Shown here: piece after piece, positions 1-9,048 of the stretch
Layout of the letters: every line of letters begins with the position of its first letter
Position numbering within the stretch: the first letter of the stretch is position 1
Assembly: GCA_020848255.1 (NCBI GenBank)
Contig: JADLAJ010000074.1
Location: 1 to 41,147 of the forward strand
Source of the DNA: Chitinophagales bacterium
GTDB lineage: Bacteria > Bacteroidota > Bacteroidia > Chitinophagales > JADIYW01
Length of the DNA stretch: 41,147 nucleotides
Direction of reading: 5' to 3'
Translations under genes and position numbers: made by a program
Notes under the pieces: model-generated
Database searches by the model: none
The model's input: the letters and a program-made list of their open reading frames with translations, nothing else
What the model was told of the DNA's origin: nothing

Positions 1-188
1 AATTCATTGAGGATAGGCAACAAAAAAGCCGCCGTTTTGCCGGTACCGGTTTGTGCAGAGGCTATTAAATCTTTGCCGGCACGGATAATAGGGATTACCT
101 GTTCCTGTACGGCTGTTGCCTGTTTGTAATTCATGGCATCAATCCCTTCCATCAGTCGCTCGTCAAAGCCAAATTCGTTAAAGTTCAA
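1..188 (-). CDS. DEAD-box ATP-dependent RNA helicase, N-terminal ~62 codons only (gene runs off the left edge)
   Basis: My own minus-strand translation from 188 gives (L/M)NFNEFGFDERLMEGIDAMNYKQATAVQEQVIPIIRAGKDLIASAQTGTGKTAAFLLPILNE. This is the Q-motif region followed by motif I (AxTGTGKT). There is no in-frame ATG nearby, so the TTG at 188-186 is only a tentative start. The ORF is not in the supplied track. Confidence 0.75.
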   Translation of the reverse strand, partial: MNFNEFGFDERLMEGIDAMNYKQATAVQEQVIPIIRAGKDLIASAQTGTGKTAAFLLPILNE

Positions 189-443
189 TTTTTTAAAATG
201 TTTTAAGTGTACAATGAATGATAAAGATACGGATTTTACATGAGTTTAAGAAGCAGCGAGATGGAGAGTATTCCTTGGAATAATAACAACCATCATTTAT
301 GCTTTTGTTATACGTTTTAAAGAGAGATATACTAAACTGCTAATACAATTCCTTTGCTTGTCTTTTAATATTAATCTGCCTATTGACAAATTGAAATAAT
401 AATGTAATATTTGAACGTTCATGTAAATCAGACCCAATATCCT

Positions 444-803
444 ATGAAGGTAATTCATTTTGAAATTCCTGCTCAAGATCCTGAGCGGCTTAGAAAATTT
501 TATGACAAAATCTTTAACTGGAAATTCAGTCAGTGGCAAGATGTTGGTTTCTGGGTGGCACTTACCGGCCAGCCTTCTGAATTTGGTATCGATGGAGGTA
601 TAATTGATGTAAGAGAACTCGATATACCACTTTGCAGTGTTATAGAAGTAACAGATATAGATGATACAATGAGCAAAATAAGACAAAAAGGAGGCAGAAT
701 TACAGTGCCCAAGTTTTTTGTGAAAGGAGCGGGTTATTTAGCCTATTTCAAAGACCCGGATAATAACATTTTTGGTTTAAGACAAGTAGACCCTAACGCA
801 TAA
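444..803 (+). CDS. VOC (glyoxalase/bleomycin-resistance/dioxygenase) family protein
   Basis: Track ORF 411..803. I prefer the internal ATG at 444 (MKVIHFEIPAQDPERLRKFYDKIFNWKF...). Size, the N-terminal beta-alpha pattern and the C-terminal GYLAYFKDPDNNIFGL fit small VOC proteins. Confidence 0.75.
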   Translation: MKVIHFEIPAQDPERLRKFYDKIFNWKFSQWQDVGFWVALTGQPSEFGIDGGIIDVRELDIPLCSVIEVTDIDDTMSKIRQKGGRITVPKFFVKGAGYLAYFKDPDNNIFGLRQVDPNA

Positions 804-817
804 TAATTTTAAGAAGA

Positions 818-1183
818 ATGAACAGAGTAGTGAATTTTGATTTTCCAACGGATAATCCTGAGAAATCGAAAGCCTTTTTTACAGATGTGTTTGGCTGGAA
901 ATTTACAGAATGGTACAATGAAGATTACTGGCTGGTAGAAACCGGCGATAAAATCAAACGTGGGATTAACGGAAGTATGATTAAACGCCGGCATCCGGAT
1001 CAAAAGACAAGTGTAATGGTGCAGGTGGAAAACATCGATATCACAATTAAAAAAATTAAGGAAGAAGGAGGGCGTATTGTGCTGGAGAAAAAAACAATTC
1101 CGAAAGTTGGATACATGGCTTATTTTAAAGACCCGGAAGAAAATATGCTTTGTATTATGCAGTTTAACCCGGAAGCAAAATAA
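818..1183 (+). CDS. VOC family protein, tandem paralogue of the preceding gene
   Basis: 121 aa (VVNFDFPTDNPEKSKAFFTDVFGWKF ... GYMAYFKDPEENMLCIMQ), colinear with the upstream ORF and 14 nt downstream of it. Confidence 0.75.
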   Translation: MNRVVNFDFPTDNPEKSKAFFTDVFGWKFTEWYNEDYWLVETGDKIKRGINGSMIKRRHPDQKTSVMVQVENIDITIKKIKEEGGRIVLEKKTIPKVGYMAYFKDPEENMLCIMQFNPEAK

Positions 1184-1199
1184 TGTCTATTTTTATTTC

Positions 1200-1595
1200 A
1201 TGAAATACATATTTTATATTTCGTTTTTATTTTTTGCGATAAGTGTATCCGCAAAGCCAAAGAAAGCCGTGCAAGCAGATACGGTTAAGCGCATAATGAA
1301 ACAATATTATTTCGTGATGTTAACGAAGGGAAATAACCGTACGCAGGATTCCGCCACAGCTGCTCAAATACAAAAAGCACATCTGGAGAATATCGGCAGG
1401 CTGGCAAATGCAGGCAAGATTATTGTTGCAGGTCCGTTTGGAGATGATGGGAACTGGCGAGGTATTTTTATTTTCGATGCAGCATCCAAAGAAGAAGTAG
1501 AACAATTACTTCAAACAGACCCAGCTGTTTTTGCCGGCCGGCTGGCATATGAAATTCACCCTTGGTGGACGCAAACAGGTACAATGTTTAAGTAG
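1200..1595 (+). CDS. YciI-like (YCII-related) domain protein with an N-terminal signal peptide
   Basis: Track ORF 1077..1595 overlaps the previous gene. The internal ATG at 1200 gives MKYIFYISFLFFAISVSAKPKK (signal-like), then KAHLENIGRLANAGKIIVAGPFGDDGNWRGIFIFD...EVEQLLQTDPAV, which is typical of YciI-like proteins. Confidence 0.65.
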   Translation: MKYIFYISFLFFAISVSAKPKKAVQADTVKRIMKQYYFVMLTKGNNRTQDSATAAQIQKAHLENIGRLANAGKIIVAGPFGDDGNWRGIFIFDAASKEEVEQLLQTDPAVFAGRLAYEIHPWWTQTGTMFK

Positions 1596-2478
1596 GACTA
1601 TTTTGTTTTTTATTACTCAAATAGGCATGAATAAAAACGGCTGATAAAATAATCGCCACACCGCAATAAAACTTCCAGTTCAACTCCTTGTTTTCCTGCA
1701 ATAATAAAACAGCTAAGATAATTCCGTAAATGGGTTCCAGATTATTAATCAGAGAAGTGGTAAACGCGTTACTTGCTTTCAATGCACGTAAAAATAAATT
1801 GTACGGAATAACGGTACAAAAAACAGAAAGAATCAACAGGTAAATAAAATCTTTTCCATCCGGCAAATGAAAACTCCCGGGATTAAATTTTATATACAAA
1901 GGAAGACAAAGAGATAGAAACACCCAGCCACTCAGCATCTGCACAAATGTAATAGTGTTTGGCGGCAAATCCTGTGTATACTTTTTATTAAAGATATTAA
2001 AAAGCGCTGCGAGAAAAGCTGCTATAATACCCAGTAAAAATCCAAATTTGTAATGTAAATCCAGCGACTGATTGATAAGTAGAATGCCGGGAATGACTAT
2101 CAATCCTAAAATTACATTTGATTTATCAAAAGCTGTTTTATTGATGAGCGGTTCCAGAACAGCAACAAATAAACTAACACTGGCAATGCAGCTTACGGCG
2201 ATAGAGGCATTCGAATATTTTATGGAGCCATACCAGGCCACCCAGTGAACGGATAATAAAATACCGATGCTGCTCAAAATCAGTAACGTTTTTTTGTCCA
2301 GTTTCTGGGTGTGCTTTAATAAACCGGGAATGAATAACATGGAAATACTTACCATAAAAACACGGTACCATACCAGCGGAAATTCACCAATAGAAATAAG
2401 CTTTCCTAAAATAGCTGTCAGCCCCCAAAGAAAGGTGGCGACGTTCATCTGAAGATAAGCTTTGCTGCGAAATTGCAT
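1588..2478 (-). CDS. EamA/DMT-superfamily transporter
   Basis: 296 aa with about ten hydrophobic segments in two halves, the pattern of a duplicated EamA domain. Its 3' end overlaps the convergent YciI-like gene by 8 nt. Confidence 0.7.
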   Translation of the reverse strand: MQFRSKAYLQMNVATFLWGLTAILGKLISIGEFPLVWYRVFMVSISMLFIPGLLKHTQKLDKKTLLILSSIGILLSVHWVAWYGSIKYSNASIAVSCIASVSLFVAVLEPLINKTAFDKSNVILGLIVIPGILLINQSLDLHYKFGFLLGIIAAFLAALFNIFNKKYTQDLPPNTITFVQMLSGWVFLSLCLPLYIKFNPGSFHLPDGKDFIYLLILSVFCTVIPYNLFLRALKASNAFTTSLINNLEPIYGIILAVLLLQENKELNWKFYCGVAIILSAVFIHAYLSNKKQNSPT

Positions 2479-2569
2479 GCTGCAAAAGTAAAAAATCGTT
2501 TTTTATGGTCTATCAGATGTGTATTATATCTAAATTATGCTTAATTTTAGTTGACCAATAATTTAAATC

Positions 2570-2911
2570 ATGGAAAAAAAGTATAAAACATTCTGGAGTT
2601 TTTATCCGTATTACCTGACTGAACACAGCGACCCGGTTTGCAGAGCAACACATTATATCGGAACTACCGGTTTATTTCTCGTAGTAGCAGCTGCTGTTTA
2701 TTTTGGAAATGCTAAGCTTTTATTTTTATTACCGGTAGTTGGTTATGGTTTTGCCTGGCTTGGACATTTTGCCTTTGAAAAAAATAAACCGGCTACTTTT
2801 CAATATCCTCTTTATAGTTTAGGCTCAGATTTTGTAATGTATTTTCATTTTTTGACCGGACAAATTAACCATAGGCTCGAAGAAGCTAAAAAAACGGTGG
2901 CTATGCACTAG
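2570..2911 (+). CDS. DUF962 (Mpo1-like) membrane protein
   Basis: 113 aa. FYPYYLTEHSDPVCRATHYIGT ... GYGFAWLGHFAFEKNKPATFQYPLYSLGSDFVM matches the conserved DUF962 core as I remember it. Confidence 0.7.
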   Translation: MEKKYKTFWSFYPYYLTEHSDPVCRATHYIGTTGLFLVVAAAVYFGNAKLLFLLPVVGYGFAWLGHFAFEKNKPATFQYPLYSLGSDFVMYFHFLTGQINHRLEEAKKTVAMH

Positions 2912-2932
2912 TGAGATAATTTGTTTCGGCGA

Positions 2933-4219
2933 TTATAAGTCTTTCAGCAAAATATCATTTGTAATTCTGCTTTTATTTATCCCCAGTTTGATAGATTCAT
3001 CTAATGCCGTTTTGGCTTTTTCTTTGTCATCTTTCAGTGCATACCCTCTTGCACGCATAAAGGCCTGTTCCGGATTGTAAGGGTCGGAGTGCTGGTAAAT
3101 GTATAAAATCAGTTCTAATGCTTTAATATCATTGGCCTGAAATGCCTGGTTAGCATAAGTATATCCGGCGAGTGATAAGAAACCTAACAAGCGGTTGTAA
3201 ATACCCGTCGGATCAGTTTTAGAAGCTGACCATAATTGTTCTATTTCTTTTTTCCAGTACAGTGTGTCTTTTGAAAAAAAGTTAGTTTGATATTGTGTTT
3301 TTAATTGCGATTCTTTTATAAACGTTGCCTGCAGTTCCTGAACTTGTTTTTTGAATATGGGGTTTCCGGAAATAAAATCTTTCTGCTTAGTGAAATAGGT
3401 AGTTGCTGTAAGTGTCTGCAGAAAATGGATGCTCTTATTGCAGGTCTGATATGCGTCTGTCAATTGACCGGCTTGCATCAATTTATCGGTTTGTTTTTTA
3501 TAATACCCAAAACATTTTGTGGCAAAAATTCTGTCCATAGGAATTTCTTTTTTCTGCATTTTTTTTAAGATCAGCCATCTGAAAGCATCTTCGGCTGTTG
3601 TCGTATCCGGCCAGGCATGTTTACCATTAAACTCTATCTGAAAATGCTTCGGATTATTTTGCTGTTGCGATGCAAACGCCAGTAAATCCGTGTAGTTCAT
3701 ATCCTGTTTCCCGTTAAAGCCCAGCAATTCTGTATTGTTATTTTGTACATTCATTACAGATCCGCCATAAATACAATAAGCAATGTTATTGTTTAAACCG
3801 GTATTGTAAATTGCTGCTTTTGCACCACCGGAAAACCCCCAAAGTGCAATATTCTTTCCAGCAATGCTGTATGATGATTTCAGTTCGTTTAGGAGCGTGG
3901 AAAAATTTGAACTGATGGTATTAAAGTCAGTTCCATTCGAAGAATTAATGTTTCCAATGAGGGTAATTCCATATTTATCTGCCAGATTTTTATACATCAT
4001 TACGGGTAGTTCGCCGTTACCGTGTGGGTCGAAAAATATAAACACCAGCGAATCTTTCCGCTCACTGTTTACAGGAACATAAATAGCATAAGATAAAGAA
4101 GTGTCATTTTTAAGTGTAAGATGATTGTATACTTTGCCACTCTCTATCTTCTGTTGCTGGCTACAAGCTTGTAAGAGCAACAAAAATGTAAGGCAGTAGA
4201 AAATCAGTATCTTTTTCAT
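2933..4219 (-). CDS. Lipoprotein with an alpha/beta-hydrolase (esterase-like) N-terminal half and a helical/TPR-like C-terminal half
   Basis: Lipobox-like LLLLQAC. A GxSxG nucleophile elbow is present (LWGFSGGAKAA). The C-terminal ~200 aa look helical-repeat-like. Confidence 0.55.
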   Translation of the reverse strand: MKKILIFYCLTFLLLLQACSQQQKIESGKVYNHLTLKNDTSLSYAIYVPVNSERKDSLVFIFFDPHGNGELPVMMYKNLADKYGITLIGNINSSNGTDFNTISSNFSTLLNELKSSYSIAGKNIALWGFSGGAKAAIYNTGLNNNIAYCIYGGSVMNVQNNNTELLGFNGKQDMNYTDLLAFASQQQNNPKHFQIEFNGKHAWPDTTTAEDAFRWLILKKMQKKEIPMDRIFATKCFGYYKKQTDKLMQAGQLTDAYQTCNKSIHFLQTLTATTYFTKQKDFISGNPIFKKQVQELQATFIKESQLKTQYQTNFFSKDTLYWKKEIEQLWSASKTDPTGIYNRLLGFLSLAGYTYANQAFQANDIKALELILYIYQHSDPYNPEQAFMRARGYALKDDKEKAKTALDESIKLGINKSRITNDILLKDL

Positions 4220-4356
4220 CCTGATTCAAAGGTAATAAATTTACAATTGCAACACTTTGTTCAATCAAATGCATTTAAACAGGCTTAAATATGAAAAAAT
4301 TAACACTTTAAGGATTGTTAACATTTTGCCACTCAAAGCAGTTGTAAATTTAAAGT

Positions 4357-5859
4357 GTGAATAAGAATCTCATCCTTTTTACTTCTGTTTTATTGTTCCT
4401 CGGTTTATTCGGTATCGGGATTGTGCAGATATTTTGGTTGAAAGGAGCTATTAAATCCAGAGAACAGGATTTTGATAAGGCCGTTTTTGAAGCCATGAAT
4501 GATATGTCTACGAAAATCGAAGACTTGTCTTATCATCCGATTGTTTCCAAAATGCTTCAATCTCAGAAAGTGCATGCCAACGAGAATGGCGAAATAATTA
4601 TTGAGATGTCTGATGCGGAAGGCAACCAAAGTGAATATAAGCTGAAACAGGAAGCATATCCGTCTGTAAACAGTTTTAGCAATGGAAATCAGTATGATGG
4701 TGTCGGTCCTTTGTTGCAAAACCCCAATAGTGGCAATTCAGATAATTCATATCCGATAGAGATTGATAATTTGCAGGAATTTATGGCGCAGCAAATGACG
4801 AGTTTGCAGCCTATTACCGAAATTCTGGATACCTCTAAACTGAAAGAAATTATTGACGGTTCCTTGAAAGCACACGGTATTAAAACCCGTGTTCGTTATG
4901 GTGTAACAGAATATGCACCGAATAATTTTGTGTTGCTTTCTAAAAATGCTCCTTTGTCGGAATTATTCAAAACACCCTATTCTGTTGATTTATTCCGCAG
5001 AAGTATGTTTGATGACAGTAAAACACTCAAGCTTCTATTCCCGGACAGAAAGAAATTCCTGTATACCTCCATGTCACCAATGATTTTATCGTCTTCCATT
5101 TTCTTTTTGATGGTGGTGGCAGCATTTATACTTTCGTTTCAGATAATATTCAAGCAAAAGAAATTGTCTGATATGAAAACGGATTTCATTAATAACATGA
5201 CACATGAATTAAAAACGCCGATTGCCACCATTTCCATTGCAAGTGAAATGCTGAAAGATAATTCCATTTCAGAATCAAAAGATAACAGAGAGAAATACGC
5301 CAGTATTATTTTTGATGAGAACAAACGATTGTACAATCATGTTGAACAAGTATTACAGATTGCACGGTTGGAGAAAGGAGAGTTGCAATTGAATTTGGAA
5401 GATCGCGACATCCATACCATTATAGCTGCTACAGCCGGCAGATTTAATCTGATACTGGAAGAACTGAATGGTAAAATTGAACTGAACCTGCGCGCAGAGC
5501 ATCCTATTTTAAAAGTGGATGAAATGCATTTTACCAATGTTATTAATAATTTGATTGATAACGCAATAAAATATAACGATAAAGCACCCTTAATAAAAAT
5601 TAACACATTCAATATCATAACAGGCATACAAATTGAGGTAGAAGATAATGGAGTTGGTTTATCGAAAGAGGATCAGCAGAAAGTATTTGAGAAGTTCTAT
5701 CGCGTTTCGAGAGGAAATGTACACGACACGAAAGGGTTTGGTTTGGGATTGAGTTATGTTCAATCCATCATTGACAAACACAATGGGAAAGTGTGGGTGG
5801 AAAGCAAATTAAAAGAAGGTTCCAGATTTATAATTCAAATACCGGGAAATATACAATAA
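4357..5859 (+). CDS. Sensor histidine kinase (HisKA + HATPase_c)
   Basis: GTG start. Two TM segments flank a ~220-aa extracytoplasmic region. H-box MTHELKTPIATI, N-box LIDNAIKYN, G-boxes VEDNGVGL and GFGLGLS. Confidence 0.9.
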   Translation: MNKNLILFTSVLLFLGLFGIGIVQIFWLKGAIKSREQDFDKAVFEAMNDMSTKIEDLSYHPIVSKMLQSQKVHANENGEIIIEMSDAEGNQSEYKLKQEAYPSVNSFSNGNQYDGVGPLLQNPNSGNSDNSYPIEIDNLQEFMAQQMTSLQPITEILDTSKLKEIIDGSLKAHGIKTRVRYGVTEYAPNNFVLLSKNAPLSELFKTPYSVDLFRRSMFDDSKTLKLLFPDRKKFLYTSMSPMILSSSIFFLMVVAAFILSFQIIFKQKKLSDMKTDFINNMTHELKTPIATISIASEMLKDNSISESKDNREKYASIIFDENKRLYNHVEQVLQIARLEKGELQLNLEDRDIHTIIAATAGRFNLILEELNGKIELNLRAEHPILKVDEMHFTNVINNLIDNAIKYNDKAPLIKINTFNIITGIQIEVEDNGVGLSKEDQQKVFEKFYRVSRGNVHDTKGFGLGLSYVQSIIDKHNGKVWVESKLKEGSRFIIQIPGNIQ

Positions 5860-5885
5860 AAATTAATCACAATAAATTAAACAAC

Positions 5886-6593
5886 ATGAACACAGTTATC
5901 AAGAAAAAAGTTTTGCTCGTAGAAGATGATCCTAATTTAGGCATGCTTTTACAGGAATATCTAAAGCATAAAAACTTTGAAGTAGAATTGAAGAGAGACG
6001 GTGTGGAAGGATTATTTGCTTTTCGTAAAAACACGTATGATATTATTTTGCTGGATGTGATGATGCCTAAAAAAGACGGGTTCACGGTTGCTGAAGAAAT
6101 CAGAAAAGATGATAAAGAAGTTCCGATTATTTTCCTGACAGCAAAATCACTGAAAGAAGACAAAATCAAGGGATTGACGATTGGTGCGGATGATTATATC
6201 ACCAAACCGTTCAGTATGGAAATTCTGGAATTGAAAATGAATGCAATTTTACGCAGAACGGAAAAACATGAAGTGCAAACAGCACTCGATGAATATACTG
6301 CCGGTGATTGTGTGCTGGATTACAAAAATCATAAACTGAAAGTGAAAGGCAACGAGATAAAATTAACGACTAAAGAAAATGAATTGCTTCGTTTGTTCTT
6401 CGAGAAGAAAAACCAGATTCTGGAAAGAGAACTGGCACTTAAACATGTCTGGCAGGACGACAGTTACTTCACTGCCCGCAGTATGGACGTGTTTATCTCT
6501 AAAATCAGAAAATACCTGAAAGATGACGAGCGTTTGCAAATCCTGAATATTCACGGACAAGGCTATAAACTGGTAGAAAACCAGATGGCTTAG
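5886..6593 (+). CDS. OmpR/PhoB-type response regulator (receiver + winged-helix)
   Basis: Track ORF 5793..6593 overlaps the kinase. The ATG at 5886 gives MNTVIKKKVLLVEDDP...LLDVMMPKKDGF...LTAK, followed by a Trans_reg_C-like C-terminus (LTTKENELLRLF...GYKL). Confidence 0.9.
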   Translation: MNTVIKKKVLLVEDDPNLGMLLQEYLKHKNFEVELKRDGVEGLFAFRKNTYDIILLDVMMPKKDGFTVAEEIRKDDKEVPIIFLTAKSLKEDKIKGLTIGADDYITKPFSMEILELKMNAILRRTEKHEVQTALDEYTAGDCVLDYKNHKLKVKGNEIKLTTKENELLRLFFEKKNQILERELALKHVWQDDSYFTARSMDVFISKIRKYLKDDERLQILNIHGQGYKLVENQMA

Positions 6594-6628
6594 ACGATTA
6601 ACGTTTTTTCGATGAACAATTGTCAATT

Positions 6629-6668
6629 AAAGTTCGGAGCAATATATCGTTCCGAACTTTTTATTTAT
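6629..6668 (+). terminator. Rho-independent terminator after the two-component operon
   Basis: Perfect 10-bp stem aaagttcgga (6629-6638) / tccgaacttt (6651-6660) with a 12-nt loop, followed by ttatttat. Confidence 0.75.
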
Positions 6669-6690
6669 GTATACCTGATTTTTTCATCCT

Positions 6691-6718
6691 TAATTGTCAA
6701 TTGTTAATTGTCAATTGT
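6691..6718. repeat. Perfect tandem duplication of the 14-mer taattgtcaattgt; a third partial copy lies at 6617-6629
   Basis: Read directly: 6691-6704 equals 6705-6718. Each copy contains the palindrome CAATTG. The related copy caattgtcaatta sits just upstream of the terminator stem. Confidence 0.8.
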
Positions 6719-6725
6719 ATATTTG
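6718..6725 (+). promoter_or_regulatory. Bacteroidota -7-type promoter motif (TAnnTTTG), 4 nt upstream of the dcd ATG
   Basis: tatatttg matches TAnnTTTG exactly, and TTG triplets lie 15-25 nt upstream. This is a motif match only. Confidence 0.3.
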
Positions 6726-6729
6726 CATT

Positions 6730-7266
6730 ATGATTTTAACGGATAAAGGAATTTTAGAAGAAATGCAGAAAGGCACTATCATTATAGAGCCTTATGACAG
6801 AGTATGTCTGGGTACAAATTCTTACGATGTGCATCTTAGCAAGTATTTTGCAACATATGACAGCAACGAATTAGATGCAAAAAAGCACAATACTATTACT
6901 CATTTTGAAATACCGGAGGACGGTTTTGTCCTGCAGCCGGGAACCTTGTATCTAGGTTCCACATTAGAATACACAGAAACACATGCACATGTGCCGTTTC
7001 TGGAAGGAAAATCCAGTATGGGTAGATTAGGTATCGATATTCATGCTACCGCAGGAAAAGGGGATGTGGGCTTCTGCAATCACTGGACGCTGGAGATTTC
7101 CTGTATACAGCCGGTGCGTATTTATGCAGGTATGCCGGTTGGTCAGCTGATTTATTTTGTAGTGGATGGAGATATTGAAAATGCATACAATAAGAAGCCA
7201 AATGCCAAATATAATCAACGCTCACCCAAACCTATGGAAAGCATGATGTGGAAGAATTTTAAGTAA
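6730..7266 (+). CDS. dcd: dCTP deaminase
   Basis: The internal ATG at 6730 gives MILTDKGILEEMQKGTIIIEPYD... The conserved core FLEGKSSMGRLGIDIHATAGKGDVGFCNHWTLEI is present. 178 aa is the typical length. Confidence 0.9.
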   Translation: MILTDKGILEEMQKGTIIIEPYDRVCLGTNSYDVHLSKYFATYDSNELDAKKHNTITHFEIPEDGFVLQPGTLYLGSTLEYTETHAHVPFLEGKSSMGRLGIDIHATAGKGDVGFCNHWTLEISCIQPVRIYAGMPVGQLIYFVVDGDIENAYNKKPNAKYNQRSPKPMESMMWKNFK

Positions 7267-7334
7267 ATCTTACTATTTCGTGTATGTTGTTTCTTATGAA
7301 TTATATTCACTAATATTGTGTTACAACCACCTAC

Positions 7335-8393
7335 ATGAACACCTTTAACAGAGAACAACTTCTTGACGATTTAAAAAACTGGAACCAACTAATAAGAAAG
7401 TATCAGGTTCCAAGCACGAAACAAGCTGTATTACAATTAGCAAACAGCTTTGTTTTTTATATCATTTTACTCGCGCTGCAATTCTATTTATATGATAAGT
7501 CATTCTTCTTTTCTGCCATTGTCGCGTTATTAAACGGATTTATTTTATCCAGAATTTTTATTATTCAGCACGATTGCGGCCACAGCTCGTTTACAAAATA
7601 TAAAACACTGAACGAAATCATCGGTACTGTTTGCAGTATTTGCACGCTGATTCCGTATCGTTACTGGGCAAAAAACCATAGTTTTCACCATGCACACAAC
7701 GGGCAGCTGGAAGTGAGTGATATCGGAGATATAGAAGTGTTTACCACAGAACAGTATGCAAATGCCAACTGGAAACAAAAATTATATTACCGCATTTACA
7801 GAAATCCATTGTATCTATTTACTATCGGAGGTTTTATCTATGTGGTGGTTTATAATCGCTTTGCTTTTGTAGACAGCGACTATTTCAAGAAAGTAAAGAA
7901 AAGTGTGAATCTGAGTAATGTGCTGTTCGTTGTTTCGTATACCGCGTTTGCTTATATTTTTGGGGTAGAGCGATTCTTAGTAGTGCAGTTTACCAATTTA
8001 TTCTTCTTTGGAATTTATGCACTCTGGTTTTTTTACATCCAGCATCAGTACGAACATATCTTTAAAGCAAAAAAGGAAGACTGGAATTATGTGGTAGCTG
8101 CTGTGAAGGGAAGTACCTATTATAAGTTGCCACGTGTGTTTCACTGGCTTTCGGGAAATATCGGTTATCATCACATTCATCATTTAAGTCCGGCTATTCC
8201 GAATTATAATTTACCGAAATGCCATAAAGAGAATCCTGTTTTCTTAAAGCATACGAATACCATTACCTTCTGGCAAAGTTTGAAAACATTGCGTTCTAAT
8301 CTATGGGATGAACAACAGCAAAAAATGGTTTCTTTTGGAGAATATAAGAGAAATAAGAAAGCGATATTTAAAACTAAGCAACGAAGTTGCTAA
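7335..8393 (+). CDS. Membrane fatty-acid desaturase family protein
   Basis: Three histidine boxes (HDCGH, HSFHHAH, HHIHH) plus hydrophobic segments. Confidence 0.85.
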   Translation: MNTFNREQLLDDLKNWNQLIRKYQVPSTKQAVLQLANSFVFYIILLALQFYLYDKSFFFSAIVALLNGFILSRIFIIQHDCGHSSFTKYKTLNEIIGTVCSICTLIPYRYWAKNHSFHHAHNGQLEVSDIGDIEVFTTEQYANANWKQKLYYRIYRNPLYLFTIGGFIYVVVYNRFAFVDSDYFKKVKKSVNLSNVLFVVSYTAFAYIFGVERFLVVQFTNLFFFGIYALWFFYIQHQYEHIFKAKKEDWNYVVAAVKGSTYYKLPRVFHWLSGNIGYHHIHHLSPAIPNYNLPKCHKENPVFLKHTNTITFWQSLKTLRSNLWDEQQQKMVSFGEYKRNKKAIFKTKQRSC

Positions 8394-8397
8394 TTAT

Positions 8398-9030
8398 TTA
8401 CTCGTTAATGGTAAAGCCATTCAGCAATTCTTCCATGTCTGGTTTATATTCATTCAATAAACTCTGAGAAGTGTATGTGATAAATTGAATAGTTCCGTGT
8501 TCATACGCATAATAATATCCTAAGTAAGAGAATTTGACACCTTGTGTGGTACCGTTCATTTGCATACAAAATACTTTTTTACCATTTACCATGCGATATT
8601 CTTCCATCACCACCTTAATATCAGGAGCAATGCTCTTTGCATTGTCAATGGCTAATCCTTTTAAGGTGTTTAGAGGCACTTCAATTCTTTCGGTAATAAT
8701 CATCCCATAGGCATCTTTACCTTTGAGTTCAAAGGTATATTCAGATTCAGCATCACTTTCTGATTTTTTAAAACTCCATTTTTTAGGATTTAAATAAATA
8801 CCTAAATCCGTTACCGTTTTGCTTTTCAGGAAAAATGAAGCGTCTTTAGACTTAGAAAAGGTAATTGAGTTTGTTTTAATTTCTTTTTCTTCTTTAACTT
8901 CTGCATTGGAATAATCCCATGTCTTGTTATCATACAAAATAACTTCATCGCCACTTTCTGTGACCGCTTTTATCTGAGCAGAACAATATAAAACATTAGC
9001 AAAGCAGCATAATAAAATAAATTTTTTCAT
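8398..9030 (-). CDS. Secreted hypothetical protein
   Basis: N-terminal signal peptide MKKFILLCCFANVLYCSAQ. I recognise no other motif. Confidence 0.5.
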   Translation of the reverse strand: MKKFILLCCFANVLYCSAQIKAVTESGDEVILYDNKTWDYSNAEVKEEKEIKTNSITFSKSKDASFFLKSKTVTDLGIYLNPKKWSFKKSESDAESEYTFELKGKDAYGMIITERIEVPLNTLKGLAIDNAKSIAPDIKVVMEEYRMVNGKKVFCMQMNGTTQGVKFSYLGYYYAYEHGTIQFITYTSQSLLNEYKPDMEELLNGFTINE

Positions 9031-9048
9031 CTTAATATGGATTTTAGA

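Noticed and set aside
382-397. The 16-mer attgacaaattgaaat (contains TTGACA) is shared with 27695-27710, upstream of two plus-strand genes
   Set aside because: One exact 16-mer match in 41 kb of AT-rich DNA is close to the chance expectation. The first copy fits a TTGACA-N16-TAATAT layout but the second has no -10-like partner.
297-712. 129-aa and 60-aa minus-strand ORFs overlapping the first VOC gene and its upstream region
   Set aside because: I saw no motifs. They overlap a better-supported gene, and the composition is typical of random ORFs in AT-rich DNA.
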